Shown: positions 19,629-28,368, counted from the stretch's first letter. The stretch: DNA of 64,000 nucleotides from Polyangiaceae bacterium (GCA_050287085.1 JBNKBE010000002.1:340447-404446), one strand, 5' to 3'. Translations and numbers: made by a program. Notes: generated by a model not told the origin, from the letters alone.

Positions 19629-20354
19629 CTAGGTGCCCTTGGTTGCAACGTAGAGGTGGCAGACGCCGAGCGCTAGTGTGTGACAGCCTTCGACACTGAG
19701 GCCAGCCTCTTGCATCATTTCACAAAACACCTCAGGTGCCGGGAACGCCGCAATGGACTGCGGCAGATACTTGTACTCTCGCTCTCCCGATAGCCACGCG
19801 CCGAGCTGAGGGACTACACGGTGCATGTGAAAACGGGCCAGACCCTGGAACCAACCGCTGCGGGGTTCTCCGAGTTCCAGGATACACGCCCGCGCGCCAG
19901 GACGCAGCACGCGTGCCATCTCTCGGAGAGCGAGCAGGCGATCGGGCACATTGCGGATGCCAAAGGCCATGGTGATACCGTCGAAGCTATCAGCTTCGAA
20001 TTGAAGGGCCTGCGCGTCGCCCTCGACCAGTTCGATACGGGCCTCCAGCTTGGCCGCCGTGATCTTCCGCCGGCCAACGTCGAGCATGTTGCGAGAAGGA
20101 TCAAGCCCGATCACATGCGAGTCAGGGAGCGTATTCGCCAATTGCAGGGCGAGATCTGCTGTGCCCGTTGCTAGGTCCAGCAGACGTGCTGACGCGGGCG
20201 CCTGCAGGGCCGCTACGGTTCGCCGACGCCAGCCCTGGTCCACACCCAGACTGATGATACGATTGAGAAGATCGTAGCGTTCCGCAATGCGGTCGAACAT
20301 TTCGCCAGAGCCGTCTTTGGGCGTGTCGGTCGTTCCGTCGTGCTGTTCAGTCAT
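19629..20354 (-). CDS. menG: Demethylmenaquinone methyltransferase (UbiE/MenG)
   Basis: MFDRIAERYDLLNRIISLG, LDLATGTAD, AFGIRNV and YKYLPQSI. Confidence 0.93.
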   Translation of the reverse strand: MTEQHDGTTDTPKDGSGEMFDRIAERYDLLNRIISLGVDQGWRRRTVAALQAPASARLLDLATGTADLALQLANTLPDSHVIGLDPSRNMLDVGRRKITAAKLEARIELVEGDAQALQFEADSFDGITMAFGIRNVPDRLLALREMARVLRPGARACILELGEPRSGWFQGLARFHMHRVVPQLGAWLSGEREYKYLPQSIAAFPAPEVFCEMMQEAGLSVEGCHTLALGVCHLYVATKGT

Positions 20355-20367
20355 AGGGTCTCAATTG

Positions 20368-20396
20368 CGTGTATGCCTGGACAAATGGAGTGTCAA
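20368..20396 (-). promoter_or_regulatory. Candidate sigma70 promoter of the men operon
   Basis: TTGACA-17 nt-TACACG on the minus strand just upstream of menG; the -10 box is imperfect. Confidence 0.45.
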
Positions 20397-20879
20397 GGCT
20401 TTCGCAGTTGTGGCCAGGGTACGGCGCAGCTTCGGGACCTGCGCCGTAGGTGTTCCATCTAGTCCCGACGGGGCGGAAACGCGCCACGTGTTCGGCAGAC
20501 GGCGCGGAAGACCGGGGCTCTGGTGGGATTACTTCCGAGGATTGTTGCCCGAGTAGTGGCGACGGACCATGGAAGGGGAGGGCGATAGCCCGTTCCGACT
20601 GGAGGGGTGCTTATTCTGCTAGCCACAGCGGAAAACCGACGTTCTTGTCTGACCGCAATTCGGAGCATCTGGTATTCTTGTAATGCGCGGCGACACCAGA
20701 TGGAGCCAGGGCGCGAGCGCGGTCTGCCACACGCGTTGCTTCAGCCGCTGGCCTCCTAGAACCGATCCAGAGAACGCTGTGGTATCGCATCGACCCCCAA
20801 GGGCGAGCCCGCGTCCATGCTGCTGTTGGGGGTACTTCTACTCGGCTCTCGGTCCTTGGTTGCTGGTCTCCGAGCCTCT

Positions 20880-23057
20880 TCAGGGTCGGTTCTTAGGGGG
20901 GCCGCTGCGTGGCGTTCGTGTCGCCGCTGCCTTGCGCGCGGCGCTATCGCGCGCACGTGCGCGGCTCGGCGCCTTGCTCTGAGATGGCTTGCGTGTTGAA
21001 GCCGTGCGCGAGTTGGCTCTGTCAGGACCTGATGACGCGCGGGCTCTCGGACCCTCGGGAGTGGCTTCCACCGAGGCGACCAGTTTCTCCTGTGCCGCCA
21101 AGGCGGCCTTCTTGGCTTTTTCAGTCTCGCCCAGCATTTCGAGCAGGAATCGGCTGACAATGGTGGGGCGGGGCTTTCCCCATTTCATCCGAGCCTTGCT
21201 AAGCGAAAGGGTGAGTTCGTCCTGAGCGCGCGTTACCCCGACGTAGGCAAGGCGACGTTCTTCCGCTATCGCGCTGCCGCCCTGTAGCAAAGAGCGTTGG
21301 TGGGGGAGCAATCCTTCCTCCATTCCCACCATGTAGACGCGTGGGAACTCAAGCCCTTTTGCGCTGTGGAGCGTCATGAGCGTGACCGCATGTTCGTTGC
21401 GCTTGCCTTTGTCGTCGCGCTGATCCTCACGTCCTGCAAGCGTGCTTTCTTCCAGGAAGCCAAGCAGCGTCGGCTCTGTGCTCTTTTCCTCGTAGATGGC
21501 AAGCGAGTTGACGACTTCCTCGACGGCTCCCAGCCGCGTCTCGACCTCCTGTGCGGTCTTGTATACGCGCTCGAGCTCCTTCTTGTACTGCACCTCTGCA
21601 AGCAAGTTGCGAACGAGGTCGACGAGCGATTCTTTTCCGAAGCGAGCGCGGTAGCGGAGGACCAGTTGCCGAAATGACTCGATGCGTTGTCCAGCAGCGT
21701 CCGCGATATCTCCGTTTTCCGGTGCGAGGTGTAGTGTCTGCCACAGCGGCACGCCCTCCTTGACCGCGGCTTCCAATAGCGTTTGCACGGTTCCGGTCCC
21801 GATTCCGCGGGGAGGGGTGTTGATGATGCGCAGTAGCGCGACCTCATCGCTCGGATGCGCTAGCACCTTCAGGTAGGCCATGACGTCTCGCACCTCCTTG
21901 CGGTCGAAGAAGGACATGCCTCCAACGATGACGTAAGGGATCTTCTTCCGTCTCAGCTCCACCTCGAACGCACGGGGTTGTTCGTTGGTGCGGAAGAGAA
22001 TCGCTATGTCGCTCGGGTTGGTGCGTTCACTCGATTCACGGTTGACCAAACGATCGATCTCCGAAACGATGGCTTCCGCTTCCCCCTGTTCGTCGTCGAA
22101 GCGGCAGATCCGCGGTGGCGAGCCACCCTTCCGGGCAGCGCGCAAGACCTTGTCGTGACGAGTTGTGTTGTGGGCGATCAGGGTGTTGGCGAGCTTGAGA
22201 ATTGACTCGCGGGAACGGTAGTTGTCCTCGAGTCGGACCACGGTGGCATCCGGCCAGTCGCGGCTGAAGCTCAAGATGTGTTCCACCTCGGCGCCGCGCC
22301 AACCGTAGATGCTTTGGTCGTCGTCTCCCACCACGCAGATGTTGCGATGTCGTTCGGCCAATGCCTTGACAATCTTGTACTGAAGGCCGTTGGTGTCTTG
22401 ATATTCGTCAATCAGCAGGTGGTCGAAACGCGACGACTCGGCGAAGCGTACTTCGGGGAAGTGGTCGAAGAGCTCTTCCGTACACAGCAGGATGTCGTCA
22501 AAGTCGACCGCACCGACCGCCTTGAGGGCAGCCTGATAGCGTTCGTAGGCAGCTGCAGCGAGCAGCTGCTTGTCGTCACACGCGAGCTCTCTGGCTTGTG
22601 GCGGACGAATCGCCTGAGACTTCCAGGCACCGATCTGGTGCATTAGGTCCGAGGGGCGCAGCTTCTCGTGGCCGACGCGAATGTCGCGCAACGCGTTTCG
22701 TGCGAGACTGTCCTGATCACCACTGTCATAGATCGGGAAGGTCTTCGGGTAGCCCAACTTGTCGATATGACGGCGCAGAATCCGGACGCACAGAGAGTGG
22801 AAGGTTGAGATCTCCGGCGATTCCTGGCGCGGGCGTCGCCGACCTAGCAGCTGCGTCGTTCGCTGCTTCATCTCCTTGGCAGCCTTGTTGGTGAACGTCA
22901 CGGCCAAGATACGACTTGGCTTGATGCCGGTCTTGATGAGCTGGACGATGCGGAAGGTGATGACGCGAGTCTTTCCGGATCCGGCGCCCGCTAGCACCAA
23001 GAGAGGACCAGAAAGAGTTGCGACAGCCTTCTGTTGATGGGGGTTTAGGCCTGACAC
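20880..23057 (-). CDS. UvrD/Rep/PcrA SF1A DNA helicase
   Basis: LNPHQ, LAGAGSGKT, TFTNKAA, STFHS, DEYQD, VGDDDQSIYGWRGA, NYRS, TLHSAKGLEF and EERRLAYVGVTRA. Confidence 0.97.
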   Translation of the reverse strand: MSGLNPHQQKAVATLSGPLLVLAGAGSGKTRVITFRIVQLIKTGIKPSRILAVTFTNKAAKEMKQRTTQLLGRRRPRQESPEISTFHSLCVRILRRHIDKLGYPKTFPIYDSGDQDSLARNALRDIRVGHEKLRPSDLMHQIGAWKSQAIRPPQARELACDDKQLLAAAAYERYQAALKAVGAVDFDDILLCTEELFDHFPEVRFAESSRFDHLLIDEYQDTNGLQYKIVKALAERHRNICVVGDDDQSIYGWRGAEVEHILSFSRDWPDATVVRLEDNYRSRESILKLANTLIAHNTTRHDKVLRAARKGGSPPRICRFDDEQGEAEAIVSEIDRLVNRESSERTNPSDIAILFRTNEQPRAFEVELRRKKIPYVIVGGMSFFDRKEVRDVMAYLKVLAHPSDEVALLRIINTPPRGIGTGTVQTLLEAAVKEGVPLWQTLHLAPENGDIADAAGQRIESFRQLVLRYRARFGKESLVDLVRNLLAEVQYKKELERVYKTAQEVETRLGAVEEVVNSLAIYEEKSTEPTLLGFLEESTLAGREDQRDDKGKRNEHAVTLMTLHSAKGLEFPRVYMVGMEEGLLPHQRSLLQGGSAIAEERRLAYVGVTRAQDELTLSLSKARMKWGKPRPTIVSRFLLEMLGETEKAKKAALAAQEKLVASVEATPEGPRARASSGPDRANSRTASTRKPSQSKAPSRARARDSAARKAAATRTPRSGPPKNRP

Positions 23058-23070
23058 GCGGTGGCTTTCC

Positions 23071-23577
23071 TCAGCTCAAAGCGACTTGGAAGGGCGCTTC
23101 CACGAAGGTCTTTGCTGCGGTGTCCCAGATGAATAGCTTGTGTGCCGTAACCGTTCCTTGATCCACCGCTGTTACCAGATACGCGAGTTCATAAGCCGGG
23201 TCCGTCATTCCTCCATTGGTCATGCTCGCGGCGTCTTCGTCGCTGAAGTATGCCCCACAGTCGAGGTGTGAGTGGAAGAAGACTTTGACCGGTGTGCTGT
23301 CGAGTTCGCCCCGTGCGATCGCTTTTTCAAACTTGATCGAGTTGATCTTGAAGTAGTCCCGACCCGTGCGTGGATGTCCTTCCGGATCGGCTTGGTGATA
23401 CTTGTTGGCTAGGTTCTCGACCTCCACCGCGCGGTCGCAGAGGTGCGGCTGGTCGGCAGGGCCGGTAAGGTAGCCGCAGGCCTCTTCTCCGCGTTGGTAG
23501 GCGGCGGTTGCTGCGTGCACTACGACATCCATAGCAGCGCTCGAGATCAGTAGGTTGCCGCGGGTCCATTCGCTCAT
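23071..23577 (-). CDS. JAB/MPN (Mov34) metallopeptidase, Mec-like
   Basis: EEACG plus an intact HSH-x7-S-x2-D JAMM motif (HSHLDCGAYFSDED). Confidence 0.9.
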   Translation of the reverse strand: MSEWTRGNLLISSAAMDVVVHAATAAYQRGEEACGYLTGPADQPHLCDRAVEVENLANKYHQADPEGHPRTGRDYFKINSIKFEKAIARGELDSTPVKVFFHSHLDCGAYFSDEDAASMTNGGMTDPAYELAYLVTAVDQGTVTAHKLFIWDTAAKTFVEAPFQVALS

Positions 23578-23686
23578 GGTGTCATTCCTCGTTGTCTCGA
23601 CAAAAAGTTGAGGCAGCCTGCTAGGAGCACACTTGTGCCCGACGGGGCCGAAACGGCGTCGTAATGGCCGGGTGCATCGGCCGCCG

Positions 23687-24133
23687 TCAATCGTTTTTGG
23701 GTTCGGATGAAGGTCTAGGAGCGCAGGCTGCCGCAGTCGGCTTGAGGAGCTCTCGCAGCGACGCTAGAGCCTCGAGCGCCGCCGTTGCAAACACCCAGGC
23801 GGCGGGGTGCAAGACGACCCCGTCCACTGCGGCACCGCTCAGCGGTGCGGGAAATGAAGCCAGGTCTGACGTACTTCTTGTTCGAAGCGGAGCCGGGGCC
23901 TGCTGGCGCGCCCCAGGGGGCCCCACGCGGTTGGCCGCATCACCGAGCCGCTTTATCGTCACGAGGCCCTGCGCCGTCTCGAGCTGAACCGTTCCAACGC
24001 CGGCCCGAAAGAGGTATTCCGCCGCGACGGGCTGCCGGGTCACGACGCGTCCCTGGGCAATCTTGTCTTGACCCGCCGCGCCGACCTCGGGCAGCTGTCG
24101 CTGCCGCGTGTAGCGATCTTCGAAGGGCAGCAT
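23687..24133 (-). CDS. Small degenerate ThiF/MoeB-like protein without a P-loop (148 aa)
   Basis: Start re-chosen at the ATG overlapping the Ubl stop (TGATG). Has RYTRQRQLPEVGAAGQDKI and AAEYLFRAGVG, but no GxGxxG, SNLxRQ or CxxC. Confidence 0.75.
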   Translation of the reverse strand: MLPFEDRYTRQRQLPEVGAAGQDKIAQGRVVTRQPVAAEYLFRAGVGTVQLETAQGLVTIKRLGDAANRVGPPGARQQAPAPLRTRSTSDLASFPAPLSGAAVDGVVLHPAAWVFATAALEALASLRELLKPTAAACAPRPSSEPKND

Positions 24134-24405
24134 CAGCCGCCTGCGATGGCCGGCACTACGCTCAGTTCGTCCCCGTCTTTCAATTCGGTATCCAGACCGT
24201 CGAGAAAGCGGATGTCTTCCTCTCCGAGGTAGAGATTGACGAAACGACGGACTCCCTTGTCGTCGACCAAACGCTCTTTGATGCCGGGGTACGCCGTTTC
24301 GAGATTCTCGATGAGCTCCGCGATGTTGGCGCCTTCGACGGCTACGGTTTCTTCTCCGCCGGTGAGGGTACGCAGGGGAGTCGGAACACGAACGGTGATG
24401 GGCAT
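24133..24405 (-). CDS. MoaD/ThiS/CysO-family ubiquitin-like protein
   Basis: 90-aa beta-grasp pattern (VRVPTPLR, FVNLYL..EDIRFLDGLDT) ending in PAIAGG. Confidence 0.95.
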   Translation of the reverse strand: MPITVRVPTPLRTLTGGEETVAVEGANIAELIENLETAYPGIKERLVDDKGVRRFVNLYLGEEDIRFLDGLDTELKDGDELSVVPAIAGG

Positions 24406-24476
24406 GATGGATCCTTTGGGCTTGTTGGTCGGTGTGCTGTGTAGGTTGGGTGATGGTTCGAGCGCGAGCAGGTTGC

Positions 24477-25238
24477 TCAGAAATTGCGCTCGACGCAGAT
24501 TTGCCGCGTGTAGCGTGGCTCTTCAATACTCAAAATGCTCCGCTCGGAACCACACAGTGTGCAGGTCTCACGTCCTCTCAGGCTGGTCGCCCGCACGCGT
24601 CCGCTGTGGCCGTCCAGGCGAATGCAGGTTCCGTAGCGTGGTTGCGCTGAGAGGATGGCAAGCGCAAGATCGGCCATTGCGGCGCCTACGAAACCCGCCA
24701 CTGGGCCCATGATTCCGTGGCTACTACAGTTGGCTCCCTCATCCGTTGGGACGTCCTCGAACACGCAGCGGTAGCAGGGCCCGCCCCGCGGACCTGCCGC
24801 TAGCGCGGTGCCAACGAAGCCCAGAGCCGCGCCGTGAATGACAGGGCGTCCGGCGAGAAAAGCGGCGTCGGCAGCGAGAAACTTGGTGGCATAGTTGTCC
24901 GCCCCTTCAATGACGAGATCGACATCGCTTGCCAGTTGCAATGCGCTATCGGGGAGCAGTCGCCCACTCAGCGGGATGATGTCGGTGGACGCAGCCCCGA
25001 GGGTGCGGAGTTTTCTCGCGGCGGCTTCTATCTTGGGGGTGCCGACGTCCGCGTCGTCAAACAAGATCTGCCGCCCGAGGTTGCTCTCATCCACGAGGTC
25101 GTCGTCCAGCAACACCAGCTTGGCTATTGCCGTCTGTGCGAGCACCCGTGCCAGCGGACATCCCAAGCCGCCCATGCCAACGATGAGCACGCGGGGCTTC
25201 TGGCGGAGGCCATTGGACGGTGGCGGCGTGGAGGGCAT
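24477..25238 (-). CDS. ThiF/MoeB-family E1-like adenylyltransferase
   Basis: VLIVGMGGLG, DDDLVDESNLGRQ, EGADN, CYRC, catalytic-position Cys (ANCSSHG) and CTLC; no rhodanese domain. Confidence 0.93.
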   Translation of the reverse strand: MPSTPPPSNGLRQKPRVLIVGMGGLGCPLARVLAQTAIAKLVLLDDDLVDESNLGRQILFDDADVGTPKIEAAARKLRTLGAASTDIIPLSGRLLPDSALQLASDVDLVIEGADNYATKFLAADAAFLAGRPVIHGAALGFVGTALAAGPRGGPCYRCVFEDVPTDEGANCSSHGIMGPVAGFVGAAMADLALAILSAQPRYGTCIRLDGHSGRVRATSLRGRETCTLCGSERSILSIEEPRYTRQICVERNF

Positions 25239-25272
25239 GAGTTGGGAGTGGGTGCGGCTACCACGGCGGGCG

Positions 25273-25734
25273 CTAGATCATGTACACGTAGCGCTCGGGA
25301 ACTCTTTTTCCGAGTCCAGCTTGCGCGGCTCGTTCGCATAGCGTTTGCACGCTCATGCTATTGAGACCGTTGCGCAGCAAGGCGCCGAGCTCCTGCAGGG
25401 CGTTGTCCGTGACGCTCTTGGCGTCGGGGATCCGATGACGCTCTGTCGCTTCGGCGTCTTCTGGCCCAACGAGACAGGGGCCCTCGGTGACTTCGAGTAT
25501 GTCACCCAGTAGGAGCTCACTGGGCGTCCGCACCAGACTGTAGCCACCTTGAGGTCCGCGTTTTGAGGCCACAAACCCTGCGCGCTTGAGATCCTGGAAG
25601 ATCTGTTCGAGAAAGCGCGCCGGGATCTCCTGTCGCTCCGCGATGTCTTTCAGCTGGGTAGGGCGGCCCTCGTTGTAGAAGGCAATGTCGAAGAGGGCCC
25701 GTACGGCATATCGACCTTTATTCGACAGCTTCAT
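25273..25734 (-). CDS. Rrf2-family transcriptional regulator
   Basis: MKLSNKGRYAVRALFDIA, IAERQEIP..FLEQI and SKRGPQGGY; lacks the IscR three-Cys pattern. Confidence 0.95.
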   Translation of the reverse strand: MKLSNKGRYAVRALFDIAFYNEGRPTQLKDIAERQEIPARFLEQIFQDLKRAGFVASKRGPQGGYSLVRTPSELLLGDILEVTEGPCLVGPEDAEATERHRIPDAKSVTDNALQELGALLRNGLNSMSVQTLCERAAQAGLGKRVPERYVYMI

Positions 25735-25781
25735 GAATCCGCTTTCTACGTCACACCCAGGAGGCTGGCGTAAGCGGCAGA

Positions 25782-25811
25782 TTTATGGGTTACCTTATCG
25801 GATTTGTCAAG
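25782..25811 (-). promoter_or_regulatory. Sigma70 promoter of the rrf2-E1-Ubl operon with an overlapping imperfect palindrome
   Basis: TTGACA (25810-25805)-17 nt-CATAAA (25787-25782), overlapped by the imperfect inverted repeat CTTGAC-N6-GATAAG. Confidence 0.6.
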
Positions 25812-27501
25812 AACCGGAGTCGGCGCGAGCCGGCGACGAGAGGCGAGAGGCCGAAGCTTTGAGCTCGAGGGTGTGTTTCTCCGCGCGCTGGAGTCGGCCC
25901 CCTGACTGCAGGAGTCGGGCTCGTGCTCGGGCAAACTTCTCCTCTTGCCAGAACATCAGGCAGCCATTGCATCCCAGGCCGCAACAGCCCTCTAGCCCTA
26001 ACTTTGGAGCGGCCCGCCGCCCCTGAAGGCGGGTCGTTGAGTTCGAGGTCGCGTCGCGTTGGAGCGATTGGAGCGGGATCAAGCCGAGCTCCGCTTGCTG
26101 CGCCTGGACGCCGCGGTGGAGGTGCTGTTGCTGCTCGGCGCTCAGCACGGAGCGCTTGCGAACGAGACTCTGGGCGGGCAGACGCTCACGCAGCGAGTCC
26201 ATATCCTCATTGTGAAACGCAGTCAGCGGGATGCGGACAGCGCGCCCTCCCCCCGCTGAGAGCTTGGGAAGCGTCTCGCCGGTATCGGCGCAGCGGTATT
26301 CGTAGAGGCGAAGACGGACCACGTCCAAACTGTCCGGCGGTAGGAATTCGAAGATGTCCCCGGGTAGGACGCGATTGCGCAGCTCCACGACGACGCTATC
26401 GCCTTCCCACGCCCTGACAAAGCCCAGGAACTCAAAGGCGGACAGTGATTGACCCTGATCGTAGTCGTGTCCCAGGTGTGACAAGCGGCCTGAGTAAAAG
26501 CCGAGGCTGTACCCGCGAGCTTTGGTTGTTTCGAGCTCCGCCATGAAAGGGCGGTGGTCGAAGCCGGCCGGATCACGGTAGTAGCTGTCGATGGCTTGTC
26601 GATAGGCGCGCGCCACCACGCCCGCGTAGTACTCGTTCTTGTTGCGTCCTTCGACCTTGAGTGAGTCAATGCCCAGGGCCAGGTATTCGTCGAGCTTCGG
26701 CATCAGACATAGGTCACGGGAATTCAGAATATATGCGCCTCGCTCGTCCTCTTCGATCGGGTACAGCTCACCGGGGCGAAACTCCTCTTCGAGGAAGAAC
26801 TCAAACTCGCTCTTGTTTTCGTCCGTGAGCGTGATGGTGCCTTCGCTGCCGTCACGATGTCGCACCTTCAAGTTGTACTTCCAGCGACAACTGTGTGCGC
26901 AACCGCCCTGGTTGCTGCCGCGTTCAGCCATGTAGTTGGAGAGCAGACAACGCCCTGAATAGGTCATGCATTGCGCGCCGTGGACGAACGTCTCCAAGCG
27001 AATATCGGGACAACGCTCTCGGATATCGCGCAGCTCGTCGAAGCTGACCTCGCGCGCAAGCACGCATAAAGCGGCGCCTTGCTTCTGCCAGTAGTCGACG
27101 GTTAGCCAGGAGGCGACGTTGGCCTGCGTGGAGATATGGCGTTCCCAATGCGGGGCATGGTCCTTCAGGTATTGGAATACGCCCGGATCGCTGACGATGA
27201 CGCCATCGGGTGCTAGGTCGCGCAAGGTCTCCAAGAATCGCGGAAGCTTCTCGATGTCGCGGTTGTGCGTGAAGAGATTGAGCGTCAAGTAGATCTTCTT
27301 GCCGTGGTCGCGCACGAAGCGGATCCCCTCGACAAGGTCGGACAGCGGAAACGCCGACTGCGTTCGCAAGGAAAGATCGGGTGTACCCGCATACACCGCA
27401 TCGGCCCCATACAGGATGGCCGTCTTCAGGCGGCTGAGCGAGCCGGCCGGCATCAATAGCTCGGCGCGTTTGGTTGGTGCATGGCTGGACACCTCGTTCA
27501 T
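25807..27501 (-). CDS. trhP: U32-family tRNA hydroxylase (TrhP/YegQ-like) with a C-terminal Cys-rich extension
   Basis: ELLMPAG, YGADAVY, HISTQAN, LARE, FVHGAQCMTYSGRCLLSNY, CAHSCRWKY, NSRDLC and SLKVEGR; divergent from cmoAB. Confidence 0.85.
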   Translation of the reverse strand: MNEVSSHAPTKRAELLMPAGSLSRLKTAILYGADAVYAGTPDLSLRTQSAFPLSDLVEGIRFVRDHGKKIYLTLNLFTHNRDIEKLPRFLETLRDLAPDGVIVSDPGVFQYLKDHAPHWERHISTQANVASWLTVDYWQKQGAALCVLAREVSFDELRDIRERCPDIRLETFVHGAQCMTYSGRCLLSNYMAERGSNQGGCAHSCRWKYNLKVRHRDGSEGTITLTDENKSEFEFFLEEEFRPGELYPIEEDERGAYILNSRDLCLMPKLDEYLALGIDSLKVEGRNKNEYYAGVVARAYRQAIDSYYRDPAGFDHRPFMAELETTKARGYSLGFYSGRLSHLGHDYDQGQSLSAFEFLGFVRAWEGDSVVVELRNRVLPGDIFEFLPPDSLDVVRLRLYEYRCADTGETLPKLSAGGGRAVRIPLTAFHNEDMDSLRERLPAQSLVRKRSVLSAEQQQHLHRGVQAQQAELGLIPLQSLQRDATSNSTTRLQGRRAAPKLGLEGCCGLGCNGCLMFWQEEKFARARARLLQSGGRLQRAEKHTLELKASASRLSSPARADSGS

Positions 27502-27630
27502 GCGAGCGCCGTACCACAGAATTGGCCGGCGGTCTTCTCGGCGCGGGCCATCCAGAAAAGGAACGTCGGCACTGCAGCCTCTTGACTTCCCTGCTCTCAA
27601 GGGCGATTTCGGTCCTCTTCCTGTTTCTGG

Positions 27631-28368
27631 GTGGTGCCCGTGCGAGACCAATTGTTTGCCCAGCCACGAAGTCAGCGCAGCGACTTCAACTTCGATGAAC
27701 CGGTGGCTGCGGTTTTTGACGACATGATTCGGCGGTCCTTGCCGGGGTACGACTGTGTGTTGAGCATGCTCGGAGTCATCGCCTCTCGCTTTGCGCAAGC
27801 CGGCACCTGTGTTTACGATCTCGGCTGTTCGCTCGGGAGCGCGACGCTCGCCCTTCACAACGCCGTCGGAGCGCGTCCAGTACAGGTTGTCGGGGTGGAC
27901 AAGAGCCCGGCAATGGCGGAACGCGCGCGGCGGCGGATCGCGCAGGAGACCGGGAATGCTCAAATCGAGGTGCTCTGCCAGGATGTGTGCGAAACTGTCT
28001 TCCGTCCGTCATCGCTGATTGTGTTGAACTTCACGCTCCAGTTCCTACCCAAGGCTGAGCGCCGCGGGGTCTTGGAGCGCGCGCTTGCGGCGCTCGTCCC
28101 AGGAGGGGCGTTGGTGCTCAGTGAGAAATTGCGCTTCGACGACTACCGCGAGGGCGCGTTGATGGAGGATCTCCACGACGAGTACCGACGCTCGAACGGC
28201 TACTCCCAGTTAGAGATCAGTCAGAAACGAACAGCCCTGGAGAACGTGCTGGTCACGGAGAGCGAGCAGGAGCACGTCGTTCGCTTGGAGGAGGTAGGCT
28301 TCTCTCGGATCCATACATGGTTTCGTTGCGCCAACTTCGTTTCAATCCTCGCGACCAAAGACGCGTGA
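27631..28368 (+). CDS. cmoA: Carboxy-S-adenosyl-L-methionine synthase
   Basis: DFNFDEPVAAVFDDMIRRSLPGY, YDLGCSLG, LNFTLQF and NGYSQLEISQKRTALENV. Confidence 0.97.
   Translation: MVPVRDQLFAQPRSQRSDFNFDEPVAAVFDDMIRRSLPGYDCVLSMLGVIASRFAQAGTCVYDLGCSLGSATLALHNAVGARPVQVVGVDKSPAMAERARRRIAQETGNAQIEVLCQDVCETVFRPSSLIVLNFTLQFLPKAERRGVLERALAALVPGGALVLSEKLRFDDYREGALMEDLHDEYRRSNGYSQLEISQKRTALENVLVTESEQEHVVRLEEVGFSRIHTWFRCANFVSILATKDA

Noticed and set aside
23071..25734. Anti-phage ubiquitin-like system (CBASS Cap2/Cap3 or Bil type)
   Set aside because: No E2, CD-NTase or effector; the Ubl is MoaD/CysO-like and sits under an Rrf2 regulator among housekeeping genes.
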